Origin: Promethearchaeota archaeon
GTDB lineage: Archaea > Asgardarchaeota > Lokiarchaeia > Sigyniarchaeales > SOKP01
NCBI GenBank assembly: GCA_016926735.1
Contig: JAFGOA010000223.1
Coordinates: forward strand, 1 to 64,000
Length of the DNA: 64,000 nucleotides
Reading direction: 5' to 3'
Positions 11,533 through 22,704 of the stretch are shown in pieces; position 1 is the stretch's first letter; each line of letters begins with the position of its first letter. A program made the position numbers and the translations under genes. The notes under the pieces were generated by a model. It saw only the letters and a program-made list of their open reading frames with translations, had not been told where the DNA came from and did not search any database.

Positions 11533-12591
11533 TTAAATTAAGTTATTTAGTTTTTGTGGATCCCCATTAGATATTTCTATAAGATTTTTTAATTTCTCAA
11601 AAGCATTTCCTGATTCAATTGATTCTTTAGCTATATTAACTCCTTCTTGTAAATCCTTAACTATATTTGCACTTTTCAATGCTAAAGCAGAATTCATTAG
11701 TATAGTATTATACTTTGCGTCTATTTTCTGGTTTTTAAGGATACTAACTGCTATTTGTAAATTCTCTTCTAAATTACCTGCTAATATATCATTAACATTA
11801 CAATCAGGGAGATTAAAATCTTTGTTTGTCATTGCATATGTTTCAATATTTCCATTATTTACTTCTGTAATATAATTAATCCCTTTAGGAACTAATTCAT
11901 CAATTCCTAGTGAATTATGTACTGTATAGATATGTTTCGCTCCTAATTCTTTTAAAACTCTGGCCATGATAGGTGCTAAATTTTTATCAAATACTCCTAG
12001 AACATGACATTTAGCATTTGCAGGATTTGTTAAAGGACCTAATATATTAAATATTGTTCGGATCTTCAATTCTCTTCTTGTTGGCATTGCATATTTCATT
12101 GCAGGATGAAAAAGTGGTGCAAACATAAATCCAATTCCTACTTGTTCAATACAATCTTTAACTATTTCAGGTTCTAAATTAATATTAACTCCTAATCCTT
12201 CAAGAAGATCTGCACTTCCACATTTACTGGTTATTGCCCTATTACCATGTTTAGCTACAGATACACCTGTACCAGCAATAACTAATGCTGTTATTGTACT
12301 GATGTTAAATGTTTTTATTTTGTCTCCACCAGTACCACATGTATCTAATAATTCTCCTGATACCTTTGGTTCAATTCTATTAGCAAATTCCCTCATAATT
12401 TTAGCAAATCCTGTTATTTCATCAATAGATTCACCTTTCATCATTAAAGCAATCAAAAAAGCTCCCAATTGTGCATTAGTTACATTTCCACTCATAATTT
12501 GACGCATACAACTTTCTGCTTCCTGAATAGATAAATCAATATTTTTTGTTACTTTTTTTAGTCCATCTAAAATTATATTTTCAGCAGACAT
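11533..12591 (-). CDS. trpD: Anthranilate phosphoribosyltransferase
   Basis: DTCGTGGD, TFNIST, KHGNRAITSKCGSAD, RTIFNILGPLTNP. Confidence 0.96.
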   Translation of the reverse strand: MSAENIILDGLKKVTKNIDLSIQEAESCMRQIMSGNVTNAQLGAFLIALMMKGESIDEITGFAKIMREFANRIEPKVSGELLDTCGTGGDKIKTFNISTITALVIAGTGVSVAKHGNRAITSKCGSADLLEGLGVNINLEPEIVKDCIEQVGIGFMFAPLFHPAMKYAMPTRRELKIRTIFNILGPLTNPANAKCHVLGVFDKNLAPIMARVLKELGAKHIYTVHNSLGIDELVPKGINYITEVNNGNIETYAMTNKDFNLPDCNVNDILAGNLEENLQIAVSILKNQKIDAKYNTILMNSALALKSANIVKDLQEGVNIAKESIESGNAFEKLKNLIEISNGDPQKLNNLI

Positions 12592-12592
12592 T

Positions 12593-12844
12593 TTAATCAG
12601 ATTTATTATTGTTATTATAATTCTTTAAAATTTTATACACATCTAAGTAATTTTTAGAAATGAATTTGGCAGTTTTACTTTTTTCAGGACCAAATATTAT
12701 TGATTTTCTCGAATTTATTAACTTTATAATTTGATTATAGATCTTCTCTTGAAAATCTTCCTTTTCTTCATTTTTTTTGAAATTTATTATTTCAAAATTA
12801 TTTCTATTATCACCTTTTCTCGATACTAATTTTTCTTCTATCAT
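12593..12844 (-). CDS. Small hypothetical protein at the head of the trp operon
   Basis: 83-aa ORF ending 1 nt before the trpD start, co-oriented; no family recognised. Confidence 0.5.
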   Translation of the reverse strand: MIEEKLVSRKGDNRNNFEIINFKKNEEKEDFQEKIYNQIIKLINSRKSIIFGPEKSKTAKFISKNYLDVYKILKNYNNNNKSD

Positions 12845-13009
12845 TTTTAATCATTTTTTTTATAATAGAACACCATAGATGTGTTACCTTGTCATATTGG
12901 AAATCAATAATGCAAAGCACATTTAGAATATATAGATTGTTAGTAAAAAATAACGTACTTCTAATAATAAGATAAGTTAAAATATGATTTTACCAATGAT
13001 AAAGTGTTT

Positions 13010-13060
13010 CTAATAACGCCATGGCATCTGCCAACCAAGAAAAAAATCATTTTCTATCAT
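13010..13060 (-). CDS. Candidate trp leader peptide MIENDFFLGWQMPWRY
   Basis: 16-codon uORF with two TGG codons upstream of the trp operon; TATA-like AATATAAATA about 50 nt upstream. Confidence 0.5.
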   Translation of the reverse strand: MIENDFFLGWQMPWRY

Positions 13061-13180
13061 TTTAATAAGTCATATTTTTAGTATTATGAAAAAATTAAGG
13101 TTAAGTGATATTTATATTTTATTAAAAAATGAAATAAGATTTAGTAATATGTCTATTTTTAACATTATATTTATATCATG

Positions 13181-15370
13181 TTAAAAAAAAATATCATCCA
13201 TTTTATTATCCATTTCCAACTTTATTATATCTGAAATCTTGTTATGATTATATATAGAATGATTTAAAGCATCTAAAACATTATTAGATGATGTCATAGA
13301 TTTAATTATTGTATCCATATTATTTACAGCTGAATAAGAACTTCCCCTAAATACATATACATAAATTAAATTATCGATAGATCTAAATATAATGGTATTA
13401 TCTCCATGTTTTATTCTATCAATCGATCCTGTGGAAGAAAATGCTTCTTTACCATAAATATTTATAGAATTAATTAAATTAGTTATGATATTACTCTCTT
13501 TTACTTGTTCTTCTTTAAAAATTCTCTCATATATACATTGCCCATCTATCTTATTTAAAATGACAAAATAAAATGGATTTTCTATTTCTATGGGTACTTC
13601 TTCCATTTTTGTTCTAATCATTTTTGAGAAAAGAAACTCATATCTTGAATCCGTTAATCTCTCCTTTAAAGGTATTTTTAGTTTTTTTTTATTCTCCCAA
13701 TCATCTAGATTCTTTAAAAGTGAGTCATGTTCTTGAGATATTTTGTTTGCTAATAATTGTAAACCATGTTGATTTGCTATTTTCTGCGCTTTTGTTAAAT
13801 ATGACCGTGTTTGATTTGTATCCAAATTTATCAATGATATTCTTGCTTTCATCAAATATGTTTCTGAAAGTAAAACATGTAAATATTGTCTTTGAGCAAT
13901 ATTTAATAGTTTATCTGAGAGCTCAGTCAATTCGTCTAATATATCGTCATTACCAGCAATCTTTAGTTCATGCAATAAAACTTCACATAAATTTAACATT
14001 GCTTCAATAGCAATTTCATGATCAAGGTCTTTTTCATCTATAAGTTCTTTTAAAATTTTTCCTGCACTCATAGTATCCATAAGACGATTATTAGATATTA
14101 GAAAGATAGCTTTATCAAGTCTATAGATGTGATTTATGTGTTTAACCTTAATAGTACTATTATTTAATTGTAAAATTTCTTCTAAATATTCTTCCACATT
14201 TTTTCGATCTTTGTTATTAATTGAGAGAACAATTAAATAATGATATGCTTGAGCTAGTGAATTGTGATATGGTAAAAAATGATAAAAAAGTGTATTTTTT
14301 TTTTTTTTTAGTAAGTTTAATCCTTTTAGTAATAATTCTTTAGCTTTTAAATATTCTCCAAGCTCTCCATATATTTTACCCATAGCGATTAAATATACAG
14401 GACTAATATTATTTTCTGCTTCTTGGAGTTTTAAACCTTTATTGAAATATTCTAAGCTTTCTCTTAATTCGCCTTTTTGACTATAGATATTTCCAATAGA
14501 ATAGTATGAATGAGGTAAAAGGCTATTATATTTTTCTTCTTGTTTCATAATTAAACTTTTCTGAGAATAATAAAGTGCTTTTTGTAAATTACCCTCCAAA
14601 TTATAACAATGAGCTAAAAGATCATAGGCATGAGGAGATACAAACTTAAATCCTTTTAATTCACTTATCGAAAGTACTTTATTAGCATTTTGAATAGCTA
14701 AATCTAAATTTCTTGAATGATAATTTATCCATCCTAAAGATATAGTATTCCAAATAATTCCTACTTCAACATATAATTTTTCTGAAATTTTAAGACTTCG
14801 TTCATGACAATTTTTAGCTTCTGTCGTATTTCCAAAATAATTTGTTAAAAAACCCCAATTTAGTAAAGCAAATATAATTCCATAATCATTTCCTATTTCT
14901 TCCCAAATCTTAATGCTTTCTTTAAATAAATCAATTGCTTTAGAAATTATACTTCTTTCTTGAAATATTCTAGCTTTTAAAAATCTTAAATATCCTTCTC
15001 TTTTTTTAATCTCTTTATCATGAACATCATTGTATTTCTCAATTAGAAGATTTATTTTATTAATTAATTTATCACAATTGTCTAATTCATCTAAATGCAA
15101 TGCACATTCAATCTTGCCTATGAATGCATCAATTAAACCCAATTTATTATTTTGGTCAGTTGATTCAATTATCATCTGATCTGCAAGGTCTGATCCTTTT
15201 TGAAACTCTCCTTTATCATTATATATAAATATTTGGGAATAATATTTTAGTAATTTTTCATTATTAGTTAGAGAACGTGTTTTTTCAATATCAGTAATCC
15301 GACTATAAGCCTCATTAAATCTTCCAATAGAGATCAAAGAATTTATAATATTTTCTTCTTGTTCTGACAT
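13181..15370 (-). CDS. TPR-repeat protein with longin-like C-terminus (paralogue 2)
   Basis: Same architecture and motifs as 2897..5077. Confidence 0.8.
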   Translation of the reverse strand: MSEQEENIINSLISIGRFNEAYSRITDIEKTRSLTNNEKLLKYYSQIFIYNDKGEFQKGSDLADQMIIESTDQNNKLGLIDAFIGKIECALHLDELDNCDKLINKINLLIEKYNDVHDKEIKKREGYLRFLKARIFQERSIISKAIDLFKESIKIWEEIGNDYGIIFALLNWGFLTNYFGNTTEAKNCHERSLKISEKLYVEVGIIWNTISLGWINYHSRNLDLAIQNANKVLSISELKGFKFVSPHAYDLLAHCYNLEGNLQKALYYSQKSLIMKQEEKYNSLLPHSYYSIGNIYSQKGELRESLEYFNKGLKLQEAENNISPVYLIAMGKIYGELGEYLKAKELLLKGLNLLKKKKNTLFYHFLPYHNSLAQAYHYLIVLSINNKDRKNVEEYLEEILQLNNSTIKVKHINHIYRLDKAIFLISNNRLMDTMSAGKILKELIDEKDLDHEIAIEAMLNLCEVLLHELKIAGNDDILDELTELSDKLLNIAQRQYLHVLLSETYLMKARISLINLDTNQTRSYLTKAQKIANQHGLQLLANKISQEHDSLLKNLDDWENKKKLKIPLKERLTDSRYEFLFSKMIRTKMEEVPIEIENPFYFVILNKIDGQCIYERIFKEEQVKESNIITNLINSINIYGKEAFSSTGSIDRIKHGDNTIIFRSIDNLIYVYVFRGSSYSAVNNMDTIIKSMTSSNNVLDALNHSIYNHNKISDIIKLEMDNKMDDIFF

Positions 15371-15495
15371 TTTTTTTTTAGAAATTTATTATTAGTATTT
15401 ACACTCTTAAAATAAAAGAATATAATTTATCATTCAACTATACTTAATTAAGTCATAAAAATATTCTATATATATAATTTAATAAACTCAATTAA

Positions 15496-17694
15496 TTATG
15501 CATTTAAAATAATTTCATTTACCAAATCTTCTATTAATAAGCGAGTTTTTTCAGGAATTTCGAGGTAATTTTCTACAGAACGATTTAAAACATTGAAAAT
15601 TTCCGCTGATTTTGATAATTTTTCTATAATATTATCCAATTTTATTTTAGCTGAATATGATTGGCCTTTAAATGCATAAGCAAATAAAAATCTTTCTTTT
15701 GGTTGTATATTAATTAAATATTCTCCATGTTTTATTCTATCAATAGATCCAGAAGAAGATAAAGCCTCTTTACCAAATAAATTAATTGCTGAAATAAAAC
15801 TTGAGATTAAATTTCCATCATTAATTGATATTTCTTCAAAAGCTTTACTATATAAACAACGACCATCAAAAGAATATAAAATCACAAAATAAACAGGGAT
15901 ATCTTTTAGATTTGTAATATTGTTTATTTTAGATCTAACCATTTTCGAGAATAAAAACTCATGTCTGGAATAATTAATTCTTTCTTTTAAAGGAATATTT
16001 TTTTTTGTAAGGAGTTCCCATTCATCAAGTTTTGCTAACAAAGTATCATGCTCATTCGAAATTTTTTTTGCTAATCTTTTAAGTCCGTGATCAATAGCAA
16101 TATTTTGTGCTTTTGTTAATAATAATCGAGCATTATCCGTATCAAGATTTAATAAAGATATTTTTGCTTTAAAAAAATAAGTCTCAACCATTACATTATA
16201 ACGATATTGAGATTTTGCAATATCTAATAATTTATTTGATAATTCTTCAATTTCATCAATAAGTGCTTTATTTCCAGTAATCTCTATTTCATAAATTAAC
16301 AATTCACATAAATTTGTCATTGCTTCAATTGAAATTTCAGGATCATTTACACTTTCTTCAGAAATTCCTTTAAATATAGTCCATGCTTCCATTTTATCCA
16401 TTAATCGTGTGCTTGATTTTAAGATTATTGCTTTATCAAGTCGATATAAATCTCTGATCTGTTTTAGGTTAGGAAAATCATCGCTTAATTTATGTAACTC
16501 TCCTAAATAAAAGTTGAGATCTTTAAATTCATTATGATTTACTAAAAGAATGATTAAATAATGTAAGGTTTTAGCAATAGAAATATCAAAATTTAGATAA
16601 TGATATACGGATATGTTTCTTTTTAGTAATAGATCATAAGCTTCCATTAAATAGTTTTTAGCTATTAAAAATTCTCCTAATTCACTATAAATTTTTCCTA
16701 TTGTGCTTAAATACGTTGGTTTTGAAATCAAATCTTCATCCGTCTCTGGAGTTTTTAATATTTTATTATAATATGCTAAACTTCTTTTTAATTCTCCTTT
16801 TTTACTATAGACATTACCTATACTAAAATAAGATTGAGTTACTAATTTTTTATATCCCATTTTTAGTCTTAATTCTAAATTTTCTTCAAAATAATATAAC
16901 GCATCTTTTAAATTGCCTTTATTTAGATAAGAATTTCCTAATAACTCATAACAATTTGTTATTGCATAATAATAATTTTTTACTTCACAAATTTTTAAAC
17001 ATTTTTCAGCAAAAGAAATTGCTTCATCTAATTCTCCCAAATGACACTTTATCCAACCGGTATAAACTAAACTCCATATAATTCCAACTTCGTTTTTTAT
17101 TTCTTTAGCTATTTTTAAACTCTTTTTAAGAAAATCCTCACCGGATTTAAAATCCCCATTTGATGTAATAGAAATGCCCCAATTAATTAATGTGAATAAC
17201 ATTCCAAACTGATCATTTATCTCTTTTCTAATGTTATAACTTTCTTCAAATAAGGTGATTGCTTTTGAGAATTTATACGAATTTTGCATAATCCGTGCCT
17301 GTAAAAATAATAGATATGCCTTTCTATATTTATAATCTCTTGATTCTTTATCTTTTATTTGTAGAAGATAATCCATTCCTTTTTGAACTTGATAAGAAGA
17401 CTCTTCAAATGAATCTAAGCAAATTGTATTTTCTGTTCTTCCAATATAAGCATCAATAGTTTTAAGAATATTATTATATTTTTTTGATAAATTAAGTAAT
17501 TCATCTGCAGTTTCACACCCCTTATGAAATTTTCCTCGATCAAGATAAATAAATATCTGAATATAATTTTTGAGTAAAATTTCTTCTTCTGTTATTTTTC
17601 TCTCTTTCTCTAAAGCTTCAAATAGTTTTATTGCTTCAGTATATTTTCCATAAGAAAGACATTCTTCTATTTGAGTTGTTTTATGATTATTCAT
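15496..17694 (-). CDS. TPR-repeat protein with longin-like C-terminus (paralogue 3)
   Basis: Same architecture and motifs. Confidence 0.8.
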   Translation of the reverse strand: MNNHKTTQIEECLSYGKYTEAIKLFEALEKERKITEEEILLKNYIQIFIYLDRGKFHKGCETADELLNLSKKYNNILKTIDAYIGRTENTICLDSFEESSYQVQKGMDYLLQIKDKESRDYKYRKAYLLFLQARIMQNSYKFSKAITLFEESYNIRKEINDQFGMLFTLINWGISITSNGDFKSGEDFLKKSLKIAKEIKNEVGIIWSLVYTGWIKCHLGELDEAISFAEKCLKICEVKNYYYAITNCYELLGNSYLNKGNLKDALYYFEENLELRLKMGYKKLVTQSYFSIGNVYSKKGELKRSLAYYNKILKTPETDEDLISKPTYLSTIGKIYSELGEFLIAKNYLMEAYDLLLKRNISVYHYLNFDISIAKTLHYLIILLVNHNEFKDLNFYLGELHKLSDDFPNLKQIRDLYRLDKAIILKSSTRLMDKMEAWTIFKGISEESVNDPEISIEAMTNLCELLIYEIEITGNKALIDEIEELSNKLLDIAKSQYRYNVMVETYFFKAKISLLNLDTDNARLLLTKAQNIAIDHGLKRLAKKISNEHDTLLAKLDEWELLTKKNIPLKERINYSRHEFLFSKMVRSKINNITNLKDIPVYFVILYSFDGRCLYSKAFEEISINDGNLISSFISAINLFGKEALSSSGSIDRIKHGEYLINIQPKERFLFAYAFKGQSYSAKIKLDNIIEKLSKSAEIFNVLNRSVENYLEIPEKTRLLIEDLVNEIILNA

Positions 17695-17915
17695 TATACC
17701 TTTTTTTTTCCGATGTGATTATATTATTATATATTTATAGACCTAAAACAAGAGATAAAAATCAGATTTTTTTCAAAGCTATTAATATTTTTTCTACTAA
17801 AATGATCAAAAAAAACCTATAAAAAATCTTGGATTTAGTAATTGATCCTTTAATTTAATCAAACTAATCTGAAAGAAAGATGAAAGGTAGTTAAAATAAA
17901 AAAAATCTCGTATTT

Positions 17916-20102
17916 TTATTTTATGTTGAATATATCATTCACTATTTTATTAATATTTGAATGTATTTGTTCTGATATTTGCTTATGTTTTTTAAGCGAA
18001 ATATTCATTTCTTCTCTAAATTTTTTATTATTCGATACTTTTTCTATAAATTGGTCTAATTTTGAAATAGCATTATATGATTTTCCTTTAAAGACATAAC
18101 CAAATAAAAAATTACCTTTAGATTGAAAAACAATCATATATTCTCCATGTCTTATCCTGTCTATAGACTCCGAAGTGGAAAATGCTTGTTTTCCAAAAAT
18201 ATTTATTGCTGAAATAAAACTTGAAAAAAGATGTCCATCTAGAAAATTATCCTCTTGAAATGTCTTATTATAGATACATCTCCCATTATAAGGACTAAGA
18301 ATGACTAAATAAATTGGATTTTCAGATTCATTGGATGTATCTCCATATTTAAATTGAATTAGTTTTGAGAACAAAAAGTCACTTTTTGAATCTTTCAACC
18401 TTTGTGATATTGTTATGTTTTGATCGGCTTTATCATTCTCTTTGGTTAGATAATTTAATAAATTATCGTGTTCGTTAGAAATTTTATTTGCTAATCTTAT
18501 AAGGCCATGATTATTTGCTATTTTTTGAGCTTTTGATAGTAATGATCGTGCTCTATTGAAATCTGAATTAAGCAGGTATATTTTAGCTTTAAATAAGTTC
18601 ATCTCTGCAAGTAATGAAAACAATTCTTGTTTTTCAGCTAAACTTTGCATTTTATTTATTAGTTCTTCTATTTCATAAAGAATATCATTATTTCCAGTTA
18701 ATTCTAATTCATACATTAAATTGTCTAAAAGTGTTGTTATTGTCTCAATAAGTATATCATAATCAATTATTTTTTCATTAATCAATCCCTTTAATATTGT
18801 TCCAGCTTCCATTTTTTCCATTAATCTTTGTTTTGTATTTAATATCAGTGCTTTATCCAATCTATAAATCTGGTTTATTTGTGTTAAATTTGGATATTTT
18901 TTACTCAGGAAATCCAACATATCTAGGTATTCATAAATTTTTTCTGAGTCATTTATATTTATTGAAAGAACAATTAGACAATGAAGCGTTGTGGCAATAG
19001 ATACGTTGTAGTTAAGGAATTGAAAAAGAAACATTTCTTTTTTTTTCAACATTTCAAGTGATTCGAGTAAATATTCTTTAGCTTTTTTAAAATCTCCTAA
19101 TTCACAATATATCTTACCCATTGCACTTAAATATGTAGGTTTTGACATTTGACGATCATCTAAAGGTGATATCTCTAATACTTTCTTGAAATAATTCAAA
19201 CTTCTTTTTAATTCACCTTTTTGTTTATAAACTCTTCCTATACTAAAATAGGATTGAGCAATATAGCTTTTATAACCAATTTCTACTCTAATTACCAAAC
19301 TTTTTTTGAAAAAAGATAAAGCTTTATTAACATCACCTTTAATAAGATAACAGTGCCCTATAAGATCATAGCATCGAGTACTCGAATATTTATAGTTTTT
19401 TGGTTCACATATTTTTAAGCATTCTTCAGCATAATTTATTGCTAATTTTAAATCTCTAATATGATACTTCAACCAACCCAGATAGATTAAATTCCATATA
19501 ACTCCCACTTCTACATTAAGGGTTTTTGCTATTTCAAGACTCTCATTAAAATATTTCTGTGCACTTTTAAAATTTCCTATAGCTGTAATAATCGATGCCC
19601 AATTTAATAATGACCACATCATTCCAAATTTATCGTCAATATTTTTTCGTAATTCATAGCTTTTCTTGAATAATTTTATGGCATCAAGAACATTATGAGA
19701 ATCTCGATGAATTCTTCCTTTTAAATAGTATAGATAGGCTTCTTTTTGCATTCTGATATTATCGGGGATTTTTTTTAGTTCTTTTAAAATTTGTTCCGCT
19801 TGTCTAATAAGTTCGAAGGACTCATCGAATAATCCTAAGCAATTACTATTCTCAGTTTTAGCTATCAATGCATCAATCTCTTTTAATTTATCTCCTTGTT
19901 TTTGAGCATCATTTATCATTTCATCTGCTAGAAGGCTCCCTTTCTGAAATTCACCTTTATCTAATAAAATAAAGATCTCTGAATACTTACGTAATAATTC
20001 TTCCTCATTAGTAAGTTCTCTCTCTCCCTCAATGGATTTTAAAAAAGCTAAAGCTTGTTCATATTGTCCAATTGAAATATATTTTTCTATATCAATTAAC
20101 AT
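17916..20102 (-). CDS. TPR-repeat protein with longin-like C-terminus (paralogue 4)
   Basis: Same architecture and motifs. Confidence 0.8.
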   Translation of the reverse strand: MLIDIEKYISIGQYEQALAFLKSIEGERELTNEEELLRKYSEIFILLDKGEFQKGSLLADEMINDAQKQGDKLKEIDALIAKTENSNCLGLFDESFELIRQAEQILKELKKIPDNIRMQKEAYLYYLKGRIHRDSHNVLDAIKLFKKSYELRKNIDDKFGMMWSLLNWASIITAIGNFKSAQKYFNESLEIAKTLNVEVGVIWNLIYLGWLKYHIRDLKLAINYAEECLKICEPKNYKYSSTRCYDLIGHCYLIKGDVNKALSFFKKSLVIRVEIGYKSYIAQSYFSIGRVYKQKGELKRSLNYFKKVLEISPLDDRQMSKPTYLSAMGKIYCELGDFKKAKEYLLESLEMLKKKEMFLFQFLNYNVSIATTLHCLIVLSININDSEKIYEYLDMLDFLSKKYPNLTQINQIYRLDKALILNTKQRLMEKMEAGTILKGLINEKIIDYDILIETITTLLDNLMYELELTGNNDILYEIEELINKMQSLAEKQELFSLLAEMNLFKAKIYLLNSDFNRARSLLSKAQKIANNHGLIRLANKISNEHDNLLNYLTKENDKADQNITISQRLKDSKSDFLFSKLIQFKYGDTSNESENPIYLVILSPYNGRCIYNKTFQEDNFLDGHLFSSFISAINIFGKQAFSTSESIDRIRHGEYMIVFQSKGNFLFGYVFKGKSYNAISKLDQFIEKVSNNKKFREEMNISLKKHKQISEQIHSNINKIVNDIFNIK

Positions 20103-20325
20103 AAAAGAACCTTATTCTTTCATAATAATTTTAAATAAATCATTTTCTTGTAAGATTTATTGAATAACTTATTAATTACACTACAATCAATTAATCTTTT
20201 GGAAATTATATAAAATTATGTATGATTTATAATTAGATTTAGTAGATCTTATCATTGAAATTCTCTTATATTATCAGAAATTTTATAAATGGTTCATAAA
20301 AAATTAATTAAAATTTGATTTTCTC

Positions 20326-22536
20326 TCAATTATCTTCCTTATTAATAAAAAAGATTTGATTAATAATTTGGTCAATTGTAAAAGCTGTATCATCCGGAAT
20401 TTCACTATGAGTTAATAATGAAAAAGAAAATCTTTCAAACAAATTTTCAAAAGTCGAAAGCATTCTAATAAAATTTTTTAATTTAGTAATTGCTGAATAA
20501 GACTGACCTTTAAATACATACCCAAATAAAAATTCTTCTTTTGATTCAAAAATAATAAAATAATTTCCATGTCTAATTCTATTAATCGTTCCATATGGAG
20601 AAAAAGCTTCTTTACCAAAAAGATTGATAGCAGATATAAAACCTGAAAATAAATCTCCGTCATTTAAATTTATTTCTTCAAAAGATTTACTATATAAACA
20701 ATGACCGTCATATGTACTTAAAATAACAAGATATACTGGGATATCTATAACCTCAGGTGATTTTTCAAATTTAAATCGAACCATTTTTGAGAAAAGTAGA
20801 TCCATTCTCTGTTTTTTTAATCTATCCTGTAAGGGTACTTTCTTTTGAATTATATCCTCCCAATATTCTAAATTTGCTAAAAAGCTATCATGTTTATTTG
20901 AAATTTTTGTTGCTAATCGTTTAAAACCATATTCATTAGCCGTTTTTTGGGCATCTGATAGATATTTTCTTGTATTTTGAAGATCCAAATTTAATAAAGA
21001 TATTTCTGCCTTAAAGAGAAATACTTCTGCTAATAAATCATTTAGATATTGAGATTGAGCTATTTCTAATAATTTATTGGAAAGATATTCTATCTCATTA
21101 AGGATTCTTTCATCTCCTGTTAGTTCTAATTCGTTTATAAGAATTTCACATAATATTTTCATAGCTTCGGTAGTTGTTTCATAATCTATCATTTCTTCTT
21201 CAATAATCTTTCTAAGTATATGGGCTGATCCCATAATATCCATCAATCTTTTACTTGTCATTTGAATTAAAGCTTTATCAAACCGGTATAATTGATCTAT
21301 TTGTCTTAGATTACTATATTTTTCACTAATTATTCTTAAATTTTCAATATATTTATCTAAAAAATCAAATTCCCCATGATTTATCGAAATAGTTATTAAA
21401 TAATGATAAATTTTAGCAATAGATACATTAAAATTTAAAAAATAATATATTTGAGAGTCTTGATTCTTTAGTAATTCTAAAGCTTCTAAAAGATAATTTT
21501 TCGCTTTTTGAAAATCCCCAATATCGCCATATAGCGTTCCTATAGTTGTTAAATATGCTGGTTTTGAAATCTTATCTTCATTAACTATAGGCATCTTTAA
21601 AATCCTTTTATAATAATCAAAACTTTTCTTAAGCTCTCCTTTTTGAGAATAAACATTTCCAATGCTATAATATGATTGAGCTATCAAATTTGTATATCCA
21701 ATTTCAGTTCTTATTTCTAAACTTTTTTCATAAAAAAATAATGATTTATTAAGTTCACCTTTAGTATTATAGCAATGTCCTTTGATATCATAACAAAAAG
21801 CATTAATCTTTTTATATCCTTTTGGTTCACTTATTTTCAAACACTCATCTGCATAAGATATTGCTCTTTCAAAATTACTCAAGTGATATTCAATTCCACC
21901 TAAATCAACTAAATTCCAGATAATACCCATTTCATTTTTTAATTCTTTTGCTAAAGATAGACTTTCTTTGAAATATCCTTTTGCTATCTCAAAATTGCCA
22001 ATACTACCCTGAGCTCGACCTAAATTTAGAAGAGAATACATTAAACCAGGAATATCATTGATCTCTCTTCTATTTTTAACGCTTTTCTCAAATAGAGATA
22101 TTGCTTTTTTTATGTGATATTGTTCTGCATAGACTCTACCACTAAGAAATATCAAATATGAAAGTTTTTTTTTTTTTTCTTCTAATGAGATATTCTTTAT
22201 TTTTTTTAAAATACTCTTTCCCTCCTTGATAAGAGAGAGACAGTTATCATATTGTCCTAAATTAAGAATATTTTCTATTTTACCAATTAATCCATTAATT
22301 TTTGCTTTAGGTCTATTTAAATTATTACTTATTTCTATTAATTGATCTGCTTCGGTATTTCCCTTTAAGAATTCACCTTTATCTAAGTAGTTATAAATAT
22401 TAAGATATTTTCTAATCAATCTTAAATTATCTAATTCTTGTTGTTCTTTTTCTATTGAATCTAAGATATCTAATGCTTTTTTAAATTGTCCACGAGAAAT
22501 ACAACCCTCAATTAGATTATAATAATCTTCAGACAT
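20326..22536 (-). CDS. TPR-repeat protein with longin-like C-terminus (paralogue 5)
   Basis: Same architecture and motifs. Confidence 0.8.
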   Translation of the reverse strand: MSEDYYNLIEGCISRGQFKKALDILDSIEKEQQELDNLRLIRKYLNIYNYLDKGEFLKGNTEADQLIEISNNLNRPKAKINGLIGKIENILNLGQYDNCLSLIKEGKSILKKIKNISLEEKKKKLSYLIFLSGRVYAEQYHIKKAISLFEKSVKNRREINDIPGLMYSLLNLGRAQGSIGNFEIAKGYFKESLSLAKELKNEMGIIWNLVDLGGIEYHLSNFERAISYADECLKISEPKGYKKINAFCYDIKGHCYNTKGELNKSLFFYEKSLEIRTEIGYTNLIAQSYYSIGNVYSQKGELKKSFDYYKRILKMPIVNEDKISKPAYLTTIGTLYGDIGDFQKAKNYLLEALELLKNQDSQIYYFLNFNVSIAKIYHYLITISINHGEFDFLDKYIENLRIISEKYSNLRQIDQLYRFDKALIQMTSKRLMDIMGSAHILRKIIEEEMIDYETTTEAMKILCEILINELELTGDERILNEIEYLSNKLLEIAQSQYLNDLLAEVFLFKAEISLLNLDLQNTRKYLSDAQKTANEYGFKRLATKISNKHDSFLANLEYWEDIIQKKVPLQDRLKKQRMDLLFSKMVRFKFEKSPEVIDIPVYLVILSTYDGHCLYSKSFEEINLNDGDLFSGFISAINLFGKEAFSPYGTINRIRHGNYFIIFESKEEFLFGYVFKGQSYSAITKLKNFIRMLSTFENLFERFSFSLLTHSEIPDDTAFTIDQIINQIFFINKEDN

Positions 22537-22704
22537 TATTTTTCAAAATTCTTGGAATTAAGTTAAACTGTGTTTTGTACCTTGGAATATATATTCTATA
22601 ATACTTTAAAATTTAAGAATTTAATCTCAAATAAATATATTAGTTCTATATATATAAGATCTAATTATTAAAAAAATCAAACCATTTAGTTTAAAAACAT
22701 TTAG

